50,694 nt of DNA from an uncultured Bifidobacteriaceae bacterium (lineage in GTDB: Bacteria > Actinomycetota > Actinomycetes > S36-B12), in assembly GCA_964551975.1 (NCBI GenBank), contig CAZKFI010000002.1, forward strand, positions 1 to 50,694, read 5' to 3'. A model generated the notes under the pieces. It had not been told where the DNA came from, searched no databases, and was given only the letters and a program-made list of their open reading frames with translations. The translations under genes were made by a program, and so were the position numbers. Position 1 is the stretch's first letter. Each line of letters begins with the position of its first letter. Of the stretch, positions 19,773 through 28,689 are shown piece by piece.

Positions 19773-21327
19773 CCAGTCCAGGTTCGTCCCGGCCGTACAC
19801 CTCGCGAAGACGCCCCTTGGCTACCTTGCCGGTCGCCGAGTGCGGCAGGGCTGTGACGATGCGGATCACGCTGGGCCACTTGAAGCGCGCGAGCGTTCGC
19901 TCGCAGTGCGCCAGCACCTGCTCAGGTGTCACCTGTTGTCCCGGTGCCGGTACCACCAGGGCGGTGACCGCCTCCCCCGTGTGGTCATCGGCGACACCGA
20001 CGACGGCCACCTCGGCTACCTCGAGCATCGCTTCGATCGTCAACTCCACCTCGCGCGGGTAGACGTTGAACCCGTTGACCAGGATGAGTTCGCGACGTCG
20101 ATCAATGAGATGCAGGTCGAGTTCGCCATCAAGAACCGCGACGTCCCCTGAGCGGAACCAACCCTGATCGTCAGGGCCACCGGCACCATCGGGCCAGTAG
20201 CCCGAGAACAGGCTCGGGCCCCGAACCCACACCTCCCCCGGATCCCCCTCGTCAACCAGGCTCCCCGCCCCATCGACGAGGCGAAGTTCCATACCCGGAA
20301 GCACTGGACCCACCGAACCGGCCTTCGGCTGACCGCTTGCCAAACTCGTACAGACCACCGGCCCGGCCTCGGTCATGCCGTAGCCCTCGTAGATCACTTG
20401 GCCGGTTGCCGCGTGGAAATCCTCAAACACCTGTGCAGGCAGTGGCGAGCCACCACTGGAGCACAGCCGAACCCCGGACAGCCCGCTGGCGGCGTCGGGG
20501 ACCTGACACCAGGCCTTGTACATCGCCGGCACTCCAGCCACCGTGGTGACCCCGTGTTCGGTGATGGTCCGAAGACTCTCGCGGGGATCGAACCGATCAG
20601 TGATGACGCAGGTGGCGCCGACCGAAACCGCCAGACCAAGCACCGTATTCAGGCCGTAGACATGAAAGAGCGGAAGTACTGCGAGGACGACGTCGTCATG
20701 GCGAACGGCCGGAGGTGAGTCGAGGGCGAGGAGAAGTTCATTGTTGGCGCGTAGTGCACCGTGAGTGAGCATGGCCCCCTTGGGTCGACCGCTGGTTCCT
20801 GCGGTGAACAGCAGGACGGCGAGGGTTTGCGGTGCCGTAGCGACCTCGGCAAGCGCGGTGCGCCGGCCCACCGCAAGCAGTTCACTCCAACCGGCGTCGT
20901 CCACGATTAGGACCTCGCAGGTACGCGCCGCCGCAATGGCCTCTGCAGCTGTGCCCGCAACCGAACGCTCGGCGATAAGCAGTCGTGCACCCGAATCGGC
21001 CAGGAGCACTGCGAGCTCCGCAGCGGTGTAGGCCGGGTTGATTGGCACACAGACCAAGCCGGCGCGCAGAATGCCGAAATACGTCGTGGCGAATGTAGCC
21101 GAGTTGGTGAGCAGCAGTGCGACCCGCTCACCGGCATGGAGCCCCCGCTGCACCAGACCTGCGGCAATGGCATCAACCTCGGCATCAGCCTGCTCCCAGG
21201 TCAGTGACCGGGTGGCGTCAACGAATGCCAACTCGCCAGGAAAGGCGCGCCCCGCTTCTCGGATCAAGCCGGCCAGGTTGGCGTTCTCAGACGTGCTCAC
21301 AGTCACTGAGTTTCCCACATACTGCAA
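19744..21327 (-). CDS. Acyl-CoA synthetase / long-chain-fatty-acid-CoA ligase (FadD-type)
   Basis: 527 aa. AMP-binding motifs FTAGTSGRPKGAMLTH, GYGMTE, SGDV, GKVAKGRL. Confidence 0.85.
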   Translation of the reverse strand: MQYVGNSVTVSTSENANLAGLIREAGRAFPGELAFVDATRSLTWEQADAEVDAIAAGLVQRGLHAGERVALLLTNSATFATTYFGILRAGLVCVPINPAYTAAELAVLLADSGARLLIAERSVAGTAAEAIAAARTCEVLIVDDAGWSELLAVGRRTALAEVATAPQTLAVLLFTAGTSGRPKGAMLTHGALRANNELLLALDSPPAVRHDDVVLAVLPLFHVYGLNTVLGLAVSVGATCVITDRFDPRESLRTITEHGVTTVAGVPAMYKAWCQVPDAASGLSGVRLCSSGGSPLPAQVFEDFHAATGQVIYEGYGMTEAGPVVCTSLASGQPKAGSVGPVLPGMELRLVDGAGSLVDEGDPGEVWVRGPSLFSGYWPDGAGGPDDQGWFRSGDVAVLDGELDLHLIDRRRELILVNGFNVYPREVELTIEAMLEVAEVAVVGVADDHTGEAVTALVVPAPGQQVTPEQVLAHCERTLARFKWPSVIRIVTALPHSATGKVAKGRLREVYGRDEPGLGESPDDADG

Positions 21328-21363
21328 CCACCCCCTGACGCTGTTTCACGCTGGAACACGTCC

Positions 21364-22182
21364 GTGGGCCATTACGCTCATCAAATGTCGAAATCGCCAG
21401 GTGCTGCCGCGGCCTTCTTCGACGTCGACAACACCATCATGCGCGGTGCAAGCATCTTCTACCTGGCCATGGCTCTGGCGAAGCAGCGCCAGTTCACCGT
21501 CTCGGAGATGACCCGATTTGCGGCCAAGCAGGTGCGTTTCGTCACCAGTGGTTCAGAGAACCTCAACGACGTGGCTTCGGTCACCGCCTCGGCGTTGGCC
21601 TTTGTCGAAGGCCGATCCGTGGAGGACCTCACGACCTTCGGGGAGTCAGTGTTCGACGACACCATGGTGGACAAGTTGATCCCCGGCTCACTGGAGTTGG
21701 CCAAAGCACACCTGGATGCCGGCGAGCAGGTATGGCTGGTGACCGCCACTCCCGTTGAACTCGCCGAACTGCTCGCCCGACGACTCGGCCTGACTGGAGC
21801 ACTAGGGACTGTGTCGGAGATCGTCGACGGGCGCTACACCGGTCGACTCATCGGTCGCCCGCTGCATGGGGCAGCGAAGGCAGAGGCCATTCGCCAACTG
21901 GCTGCCCGAGAAGATCTGGACCTGTCGGCCTGCGCTGCCTATTCGGACTCGGCTAACGACATTCCGATGCTCAGCGCGGTGGGACACCCGACTGCGGTGA
22001 ACCCGGACCCCAAGTTACGTAAGTACGCACGTACTCAAGGTTGGGCGATTGTCGACTTTCGTCGTCGGCACACGGCGCGACGCGCGGCCGTACCTCTTGG
22101 TGTGGGTGCCGCAAGCGCTGCGGCGGGCCTACTGACCGGCTACCTTGCCGGTCGAGCAGCCCGCCGCATCGCGAGAACGTAA
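21364..22182 (+). CDS. HAD-IB family hydrolase (SerB-like phosphatase)
   Basis: 272 aa. FFDVDNTI nucleophile motif, VTATP, YSDSANDIPML; a C-terminal hydrophobic segment. Start could be the internal Met at 21385. Confidence 0.8.
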   Translation: MGHYAHQMSKSPGAAAAFFDVDNTIMRGASIFYLAMALAKQRQFTVSEMTRFAAKQVRFVTSGSENLNDVASVTASALAFVEGRSVEDLTTFGESVFDDTMVDKLIPGSLELAKAHLDAGEQVWLVTATPVELAELLARRLGLTGALGTVSEIVDGRYTGRLIGRPLHGAAKAEAIRQLAAREDLDLSACAAYSDSANDIPMLSAVGHPTAVNPDPKLRKYARTQGWAIVDFRRRHTARRAAVPLGVGAASAAAGLLTGYLAGRAARRIART

Positions 22183-22198
22183 CTGACGTACTTAAGTT

Positions 22199-22546
22199 CT
22201 ACTTCACCATGCGGATGCTGAATGGGTACCGGTAGTCCTCACCCTGGTAGGCCTTGAGGCCACCGATGATGAAGAACACGATGCCGACGATCATCACGAT
22301 CGGCAGCAGTAGGAAACCGATGATGACGAAGGTCAGCACGAAGCTGATCAGGATGCCAATGGCGATCATGATCTGGAAGTTCAGGGCTTCGGTTGCCTGC
22401 TTCTTCACGAACTCATTCCTTGGCCCGAAGACCAGCATGATGATCAGCGGTCCGATAACCATGATGACGATGCCGGACAGGTGCGCCAGCATGGCCCAAA
22501 GTTTCGCGTCCGATTCGGTCATCGGTTGCGGTGTGGTCGACGACAT
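22199..22546 (-). CDS. DUF4870-like small membrane protein
   Basis: 115 aa. WAMLAHLSGI motif, 3 TM helices, C-terminal YRYPFSIR. The gene is locally AT-richer. Confidence 0.6.
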   Translation of the reverse strand: MSSTTPQPMTESDAKLWAMLAHLSGIVIMVIGPLIIMLVFGPRNEFVKKQATEALNFQIMIAIGILISFVLTFVIIGFLLLPIVMIVGIVFFIIGGLKAYQGEDYRYPFSIRMVK

Positions 22547-22617
22547 TGCTCTCCTCTCAGGCGGTGCCTGACGACACTGTAAGGGTCCGCGGCCCGAATT
22601 CGCGGGTTTTCCGCCTG

Positions 22618-23481
22618 CTAACCCGGCGTTCCGATCCCAAAGGCCGGGCCACGAAGGCGCAGCAGCCGGTAGAGGGTCTGTTGGATCTGCTCGCGAATCT
22701 GGTCAGTGAGATCGAAAACCAGCATGGGATCGTCGGCAGCATCGGCCGGGAAATCCGCGGTGGGGATGGGCTCACCGAAGTGGATATGCCACTGACTAGG
22801 CAGGGGAATGAGCCCAACCGGACCCAGCCAGGGAAAGGTCGGGGTGACCGGGAAATAGGGCAGCCCCAGCAGACGGGCAATTGGCTCGGCATTGGCCAGC
22901 ATCGGTGCGATCTCTTCAGCGCCCACGATGGCCGTGGGAATGATCGGTGCCCCCGCCCGCAGGGCGGCGGTCACGAAGCCACCCCGCCCAAAACGCTGGA
23001 GTCGGTAGCGCTCGGAGTACGGCTTGCCGATGCCCTTGAAACCCTCCGGCCATACGCCAACGACATGACCATCGGTGAGCAGGCGTTCAGCATCGGGATG
23101 ACATGCCAGGGTGTGCCCAGCCTTGCGGGCAACATCACCGACGAACGGTGTGGCGAAGACCAGATTGGCACCGAGCATGCGCAGGTGGCGATGAGCTTCG
23201 TCGAGCAATGCCACCTGCGTCATCAATGCATCCCAGGGCAGGACTCCCGAGTGATTGGCCACGACCAGCGCCGGTCCTTGCGCAGGTATGTTCTCCAGTC
23301 CGGTGGTCTGCACGCGAAACCATGAGCGATAGAACGGCCGCGCCAGAGCCATGAACACCGTGTCGGTGAGTTCTGGATCAAAGCCGAATTCATCAACCGC
23401 GTAATCGCCACGGAATCGCTGATCAATGAAGGCGTGCGCCTGGGCTAGCAGCTCGGCCATCGTCGCGTCCGGCTCATCCAT
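22618..23481 (-). CDS. Lysophospholipid (1-acyl-sn-glycerol-3-phosphate-type) acyltransferase
   Basis: HX4D motif VVANHSGVLPWD and VWPEGFKG block. Start set at ATG 23481, which overlaps the upstream epimerase stop (ATGGATGA). The track ORF extension to 23634 would overlap 160 nt. Confidence 0.8.
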   Translation of the reverse strand: MDEPDATMAELLAQAHAFIDQRFRGDYAVDEFGFDPELTDTVFMALARPFYRSWFRVQTTGLENIPAQGPALVVANHSGVLPWDALMTQVALLDEAHRHLRMLGANLVFATPFVGDVARKAGHTLACHPDAERLLTDGHVVGVWPEGFKGIGKPYSERYRLQRFGRGGFVTAALRAGAPIIPTAIVGAEEIAPMLANAEPIARLLGLPYFPVTPTFPWLGPVGLIPLPSQWHIHFGEPIPTADFPADAADDPMLVFDLTDQIREQIQQTLYRLLRLRGPAFGIGTPG

Positions 23482-24478
23482 TGGGGTGTTCACCGACAGA
23501 CCCTTCAGGTCGAACCGCGCGGCTGGGCCGTCCAAGGTTGCCGACGACGAAGTCCGCGAACGCCTCAGGTGTTCTTCGCGGTGGGCCGTGCCGAAACGTG
23601 CGGGCAGCCAACTCGGTATCGAGGACGCGACCATAGGTCAGCAGGCGCACCTGTTCGCGCGTGAAGTCCGCCTGATCACCACCAGGCAGTCGCTTGCCAA
23701 CACCTGCCAACAGCGCAGTCGGCACTGCCACCCAGGGCGCTCCGGTGCGACCCACCGCCTGGCCCAAGGTCAGCACGCCAGCACCGGTCAGATTGAAGGT
23801 CCCCGGCAGTTCGCGGACCACCGCTTCCGTCGCGAAGGCTGTCGCGTCATCTTCATGAAGGAACTGCAGGCGACCGTCATACCCGAGCAGAGTCGGGATG
23901 AGCGGCATCCGGAAGTACTCGGTCATTGCTGTGCGAATCGTCGGTCCGATGACGTTCGCCGGCCGCAGGATCGTCACGCACACATCCGGTCTGCGCCGCC
24001 GGAAACCGCGCACGTACGCCTCCACCTCGGCACAGTCCTTGGCCCACCCGGATGTCGGTGGATGCTTGGGGTCCATATCTTCGGTAAACATCGCCGGATC
24101 CTTGGGGCCGCAGCCATAGACCGACGCAGACGACTTCACCACTAATCGGCTCACCAACGGTGCCTGCTGACAGGCTGCCAACAGCTGCATGGTGCCGATG
24201 ACGTTGATCTCTTTCATCGCCACTCGGCCACCGGCCTGACGCCGAGTCGCGATAACTCCCATATGAGCAACGGTGTCCACGCCGGCATCGATGAGCACCT
24301 TGGCCACGGCAGGACTGCGAATATCCGTGCGAATGAATCTGACACCGGGTAACGGTTCGGCTGGGGCGATGACATCGACGCCGATCACCTCGGCCACGTC
24401 CGGGTGACCGACCAGATGTTGGGCCAGACGGCCACCGAGGGTGCGGGCCGCGCCGGTAACAAGCACCACTCGCGCCAT
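23474..24478 (-). CDS. NAD-dependent epimerase/dehydratase family protein
   Basis: 334 aa. N-terminal Rossmann motif VLVTGAARTLGG; extended SDR layout. Confidence 0.85.
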   Translation of the reverse strand: MARVVLVTGAARTLGGRLAQHLVGHPDVAEVIGVDVIAPAEPLPGVRFIRTDIRSPAVAKVLIDAGVDTVAHMGVIATRRQAGGRVAMKEINVIGTMQLLAACQQAPLVSRLVVKSSASVYGCGPKDPAMFTEDMDPKHPPTSGWAKDCAEVEAYVRGFRRRRPDVCVTILRPANVIGPTIRTAMTEYFRMPLIPTLLGYDGRLQFLHEDDATAFATEAVVRELPGTFNLTGAGVLTLGQAVGRTGAPWVAVPTALLAGVGKRLPGGDQADFTREQVRLLTYGRVLDTELAARTFRHGPPRRTPEAFADFVVGNLGRPSRAVRPEGSVGEHPNG

Positions 24479-24530
24479 TCGTCCCCCTAGGACGTGCGCC
24501 TGTCTTCGGACGGCCCCGTTGATCGAAGCC

Positions 24531-24629
24531 TTACTTCTTATTTCTCCTGGCCACCCGCGTACGACGCAGCAGCTTGCGGTGCTTCTTCTTCGCCATGCGC
24601 TTGCGTCGCTTCTTGACGACGGATCCCAT
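24531..24629 (-). CDS. Actinobacterial small ribosomal protein bS22 (32 aa)
   Basis: Not in the ORF track (below cutoff). Translated by hand: [32 protein letters not shown], matching the [21 protein letters not shown] pattern of mycobacterial bS22. GAGGA lies 7 nt upstream of the ATG. It sits next to the conserved HTH gene, as in mycobacteria. Confidence 0.8.
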   Translation of the reverse strand: MGSVVKKRRKRMAKKKHRKLLRRTRVARRNKK

Positions 24630-24795
24630 TCAGCAGTCCTCGTGTTCAGTCATCATCATCGGGTGGCTAGTAGATCGTTTGCAGGGTCGGGGTAACTGGC
24701 CCCACGGTGGCAGGTGGAGTCACTTCATCGCAAACGATGGTGACAGGGGAGATGAGTCGCTCGGCGTCCAGCCTGCAGGGGGTCAAGGAGAGTGC

Positions 24796-25002
24796 CTAGG
24801 CGGTCTCGACGAAGGAATCACGCAGGTAATCGTTCACTGCCTGCTCGGGAACCCGGAAGGAACGGCCAACTCGGACGGCCGGGAGCTCGCCGTTGTGCAC
24901 GAGCCGGTACACGGTCATCTTCGACACGCGCATCACGGTCGCCACCTCGGCGACGGTCAGGAACCTGACCTCGGCAAAGGCGCGCTCTGGGGTTGTCGAC
25001 AT
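24796..25002 (-). CDS. Excisionase-family helix-turn-helix DNA-binding protein (conserved actinobacterial, Rv0500A-like)
   Basis: 68 aa. LTVAEVATVMRVSKMTVYRLVHNGELPAVRVGRSFRV is the near-invariant core of this family. Confidence 0.85.
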   Translation of the reverse strand: MSTTPERAFAEVRFLTVAEVATVMRVSKMTVYRLVHNGELPAVRVGRSFRVPEQAVNDYLRDSFVETA

Positions 25003-25143
25003 CTCAGCCCAACTCTCTGCGAGGCGCCGGCCCGGCCCAGGCCCGGTCGGCGGTCATGATGGTGACGTAAGACTAGTGGCCCCTGGTGGACCTGGGAAAG
25101 GTGGTTCCCGAAAATCGCCCATGGGTCCCCCACGCATCCGTAC

Positions 25144-26334
25144 TCACCAGTCCGGTTCGGCTTCCAAACCCCAAAAATCGAAGACCGAGCGTCGGGTTTC
25201 CAGGATCGCCTGGTCCACGGGATCGTCGGCGGCGTACCCATCGTCGAATGGTTTGGGCCAAGGTGTTCGTCCGTCGGTCATTGTGCGTGGTGCTCGCTCA
25301 CCAAGTCGCGTGTACACGAACTCCAGATACTCATCAGGTACCTCAGTGTGCGGATCAATTGACGCACCGAGAGCTTCAGCGATGAGATGCGACCACGCCC
25401 GTGGCACAACATTGACCCAGGAGTACCCCCCGCCACCAACTGCAACCCATTGACCGTTGGCGTAACGATGTGCCCATCGGTGCAAAGCTTGGTAGGACAT
25501 GCGTTGACCATCGACTGACAGGTTCAAATGCGCGAGCGGATCATCCGCGTGCGTGTCAACACCCTGCTGGCTCACGATGATCTGGGGCCGGAAGGCCTCT
25601 AGCAGTTGCGGAACGATCGCGTAAAACCCGCGCAGCCAGCCCTGATCGCCGGTACCGGAGGGCAGGGCCAGGTTCACCGCGGTGCCCCGGGCCGCGGGTC
25701 CGCCAATTTCCTCTGCTCGACCGGTGCCGGGGAAGAGGGTTCGAGGGCTTTCATGCACGGAAATCGTCAGCACCCGGGGGTCATCCCAGAACATTGCCTG
25801 CACCCCGTCGCCATGGTGCACATCGATATCGACGTACGCCACCCGCTGCACCCCTTGGTCCAGCAACCAGGCGATCGCGACGCCGATGTCGTTGTAGATA
25901 CAGAACCCGGAAGCGGCTGCCGGAAACGCATGGTGCAGACCACCGGCCAGGTTGACGGCGTGCTCGGCCTGACCACCGTGTACGGCTCGAGTGGCCGCCA
26001 ACGTTGCACCGGCTACACGAGACGCTGCTTCGTGCATACCTGGGAAGACCGGGTCATCAGCCGTGCCGAGTCCGCGAGCAAGATCGACGAAGTCCGGATC
26101 TCCTGAAGCGGCCTGCACGGCCGCGATGAACGCCGGGTCATGCACACGCTCCAGGTCGGCGATGCTCGCCGGTTCCAGATCGCCTACCGCCAGCGCATTC
26201 GGCTGCTGCAACAAACCAAGGTCGATCGCCAGGCGCATCGCCAACTGCACGCGGATGGGTGCCAGCGGATGTCCCGGCCCGAAGTCGTAGGCACCCAAGC
26301 GGTCGTCCCAGACAACCGCAACGCGCTCACTCAC
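25144..26334 (-). CDS. Histone-deacetylase-family Zn-dependent deacetylase (AcuC/acetoin-utilisation type)
   Basis: 396 aa. GGLHHA, GFCIYND, DIDVHHGDG, HESPRTLFPGTG and GGGGY catalytic/Zn motifs are all present. GTGA overlap with the proC stop. Confidence 0.88.
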   Translation of the reverse strand: MSERVAVVWDDRLGAYDFGPGHPLAPIRVQLAMRLAIDLGLLQQPNALAVGDLEPASIADLERVHDPAFIAAVQAASGDPDFVDLARGLGTADDPVFPGMHEAASRVAGATLAATRAVHGGQAEHAVNLAGGLHHAFPAAASGFCIYNDIGVAIAWLLDQGVQRVAYVDIDVHHGDGVQAMFWDDPRVLTISVHESPRTLFPGTGRAEEIGGPAARGTAVNLALPSGTGDQGWLRGFYAIVPQLLEAFRPQIIVSQQGVDTHADDPLAHLNLSVDGQRMSYQALHRWAHRYANGQWVAVGGGGYSWVNVVPRAWSHLIAEALGASIDPHTEVPDEYLEFVYTRLGERAPRTMTDGRTPWPKPFDDGYAADDPVDQAILETRRSVFDFWGLEAEPDW

Positions 26335-27149
26335 GAACCCGCCAGTTCACCGGCTCGATTCCGCGCGGCTCGAATTGCCTGGACGAACGCTTCGCGGACG
26401 CGTTGGTCTTCGAGGACCGTTACGGCTGCCGCCGTCGTACCGCCCCGGGAGGTCACCTGGGTGCGCAGTTGCTCCGGTGACGTCGAACTCCGCCGCAACA
26501 ACTCCGCCGCGCCCAGCAGGGTGTGTACCACTGCTTCCCGGGCCTGCTCGGCCGGCAGACCGAGATCAGCGGCAGCCAGCAGCATCGCTTCGGCCAGGTA
26601 GAACACGTAAGCCGGTCCGCTGCCCGAGACCGCGGTCGCGGCGTCCTGGAGTTCCTCAGGCAGGGTGATCACCACGCCAAGATGCGCCAGCAGGCTCGCC
26701 GCTTCGTCGAGCATGCGTGGTGAACAGGATTTCCCTGCGCTGATTGCCGTGACGCCGGCCTGGATGCGTGCCGGAGTGTTCGGCATTGCCCGCACTACGG
26801 CTGCCCCTGGCCAGGCGTCTTCGATGGTTGACGTCGTGATGCCGGCCGCGATGGAGATCACCAACGTGCCCGCTGCCACCAGCCCCGTGAGATCCACCAA
26901 CAATGCGCGCACATCCTGCGGCTTGACCACGATGACCAGCACCTCTGCCTGCGGCACTGCCTCATCCGGTTGCAGTACCAGCAGCCCGCCGGATCGCAGT
27001 TCAGCCGCGCGCTCGGGCCGTTTCTCCGCAACGACGACCGCGAAGCCCGCTTCGGCGAGCGTTGTCGCGATGGCTTCACCCATCACGCCGCCACCGAGCA
27101 CGGCAACCCGGGGAGTGGACTCCCCGCTCATCGGCCCATTCCTCGTCAT
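26331..27149 (-). CDS. proC: Pyrroline-5-carboxylate reductase
   Basis: 272 aa. VAVLGGGVMGEAI Rossmann motif, RAMPNTP, and SRGGTTAAAV in the C-terminal dimerisation domain. Confidence 0.92.
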   Translation of the reverse strand: MTRNGPMSGESTPRVAVLGGGVMGEAIATTLAEAGFAVVVAEKRPERAAELRSGGLLVLQPDEAVPQAEVLVIVVKPQDVRALLVDLTGLVAAGTLVISIAAGITTSTIEDAWPGAAVVRAMPNTPARIQAGVTAISAGKSCSPRMLDEAASLLAHLGVVITLPEELQDAATAVSGSGPAYVFYLAEAMLLAAADLGLPAEQAREAVVHTLLGAAELLRRSSTSPEQLRTQVTSRGGTTAAAVTVLEDQRVREAFVQAIRAARNRAGELAGS

Positions 27150-28099
27150 GAGCCCGGGAGCAATGAACGCAGGGCCGGCGCCAGGCCGCTAGGGCGTTCA
27201 GCAAGTCCACCGACTAGGCGGGCAAACCACTGGGGCCCGAACGGCATACAGATGCGCACCGCCTGACCGCTGTCACGAAGGTCGCGCGCCAACCCACTGG
27301 CCCTGCCCATATACATCGCGAACTCCAGATCACTGGGTGTGCGACGTGCCCGCAGTGCTAGCGCCTGGCTGATCTCCACCAATCGCGGATCGTGGGTGGC
27401 CAAGCAGACTCGGTGCGGCGCACGCAGAGCGATCTTTGTGCAGCGGATGAATGACTTGTCGATTTCAATCGGCTGACTGAATCGCTCCAGTGGCCCCTGC
27501 TCATGGCCACCCTTGACGATGCGCACCGGACCTCGGGCTGCCAGCACGTCCGCCTCGCATCGACGCAGTACCGCCGCCACAGTCACACCCACGACCAGTC
27601 CCTGCTGGGCCAACTGGTTGGCCAGGGTCAAGGTCCCCGTCACGGTCGAATCGGGTCCAATGCCCAGCACCACGGCGATGTTCGCGGCCTGAGCGGCGGT
27701 CACGAGTTCGACCAGAGCCTGCACACCGTCCTGCGCTGCGTGGCCACTCGGCCATCGCGCACTGGGTAGGGCACCGAATGGTCCGGGGTAGATGGTCAAC
27801 TCACTGACCGTGCCGAGTCCGGCGTCGGTCAATCCAGCGAGCGCCTCCCACAGGTCTGAACGAACCAGGCCGACGTCAGCATCGTCCGCCGGATCCGCGT
27901 CAAGCTGTGCGCTGGCCCGCTCCAGGCTCACCAGGAATCCCTGCCCGGCGAGTTCGGCCGCTGCGGCGACCGCTTCGGTTGCGGTCTGGCCGCCGACCAC
28001 CCGCCCGACCAGGTCACGACCCACCCCGGTTCCGGTGATGATTCCGCCCAGGGTGTCGTTCTGAGCCAACTGGGTGAAGACGCCTTTGAGCACGCTCAC
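27146..28099 (-). CDS. Proline dehydrogenase-fold protein, divergent (substrate-binding residues substituted)
   Basis: 317 aa, collinear with monofunctional PRODH: VRIVKGG, ATHDP, LEFAMYMG, MPFGPQWFARLVGGLAERPSG. The usual RR of (Y)xxRRLxE is GG here, and other conserved positions differ. Confidence 0.65.
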   Translation of the reverse strand: MSVLKGVFTQLAQNDTLGGIITGTGVGRDLVGRVVGGQTATEAVAAAAELAGQGFLVSLERASAQLDADPADDADVGLVRSDLWEALAGLTDAGLGTVSELTIYPGPFGALPSARWPSGHAAQDGVQALVELVTAAQAANIAVVLGIGPDSTVTGTLTLANQLAQQGLVVGVTVAAVLRRCEADVLAARGPVRIVKGGHEQGPLERFSQPIEIDKSFIRCTKIALRAPHRVCLATHDPRLVEISQALALRARRTPSDLEFAMYMGRASGLARDLRDSGQAVRICMPFGPQWFARLVGGLAERPSGLAPALRSLLPGS

Positions 28100-28689
28100 C
28101 CCCCGACTGTAGGACTCGTGGGATCCAGGAGGCGCTGGATCATCGGGCCGACCACCAGCACCACCTGTTCGGCGGGCATCGAGGCCAGTGGCTCCACCTT
28201 CAAGACTGTGCGGGCCGCGGCGAGGCCGGCCAACTGCGCGGCAACCAGGCTCACTCGAAGGCGGGCGTCCGGCACGCCCAGCAGGCTGACGATGCGATCC
28301 AGCATCTGAACCGGCACCAACTGGCTCAGCGAGCGCGCCCCAGACAGACGCGTCAGACCGGCGAGATCCTGCTGCGTCTGCGGGTCATCGACCAATTCCA
28401 AGGTCAGCCGCACCAGGCGCTCCCCAAGTCCATCCAGCGTGGGGGCCAGGAGCGCCGGCATCGCACCGGCTGGGTCACGTGGCAGGCGCAGCGCTGAGTT
28501 GAGCAGCTGCTGCCGATTGCGCACCAGTCCGCGGGCAATCCCCGGCGCGGCCGAGGCCAAGGATCGAGCCGTCGAGCCGGCCACTGCACCCATCCCGCGC
28601 ACCAGGGAACCGGCCTGGACGCCAGCATCCTCGTCGCTACTCGCAGGCGCCGCTCCGGGTTCATCCTGAGCCACCGGTTCGGAACTCAC
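28096..28689 (-). CDS. Hypothetical protein resembling a TetR-family C-terminal (ligand-binding) domain, without an HTH
   Basis: 197 aa. The C-terminal [45 protein letters not shown] resembles the ...EPLAS... type of TetR C-domain. The N-terminal 60 aa is Ala/Ser/Gly-rich with no HTH. GTGA overlaps on both sides. Confidence 0.45.
   Translation of the reverse strand: MSSEPVAQDEPGAAPASSDEDAGVQAGSLVRGMGAVAGSTARSLASAAPGIARGLVRNRQQLLNSALRLPRDPAGAMPALLAPTLDGLGERLVRLTLELVDDPQTQQDLAGLTRLSGARSLSQLVPVQMLDRIVSLLGVPDARLRVSLVAAQLAGLAAARTVLKVEPLASMPAEQVVLVVGPMIQRLLDPTSPTVGG

Noticed and set aside
22587-22610. Hairpin CCGCG-N9-CGCGG followed by GTTTT on the plus strand, resembling an intrinsic terminator
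   Set aside because: No plus-strand gene ends nearby. It is in the wrong orientation for the minus-strand acyltransferase gene. The stem is only 5 bp. It is probably fortuitous, or part of the DUF4870 gene's upstream region.
22531-24145. 264-aa and 239-aa plus-strand ORFs opposite the acyltransferase and epimerase genes
   Set aside because: These are shadow ORFs antisense to genes with clear HX4D and Rossmann motifs. They have no motifs of their own.
25024-25053. GC-rich imperfect palindrome (GCGCCGGCCCGGCCCAGGCCCGGTCGGCG) between the deacetylase gene and the HTH gene
   Set aside because: The pairing is imperfect and there is no flanking T/A run in either orientation. I cannot support a terminator or operator call by eye.
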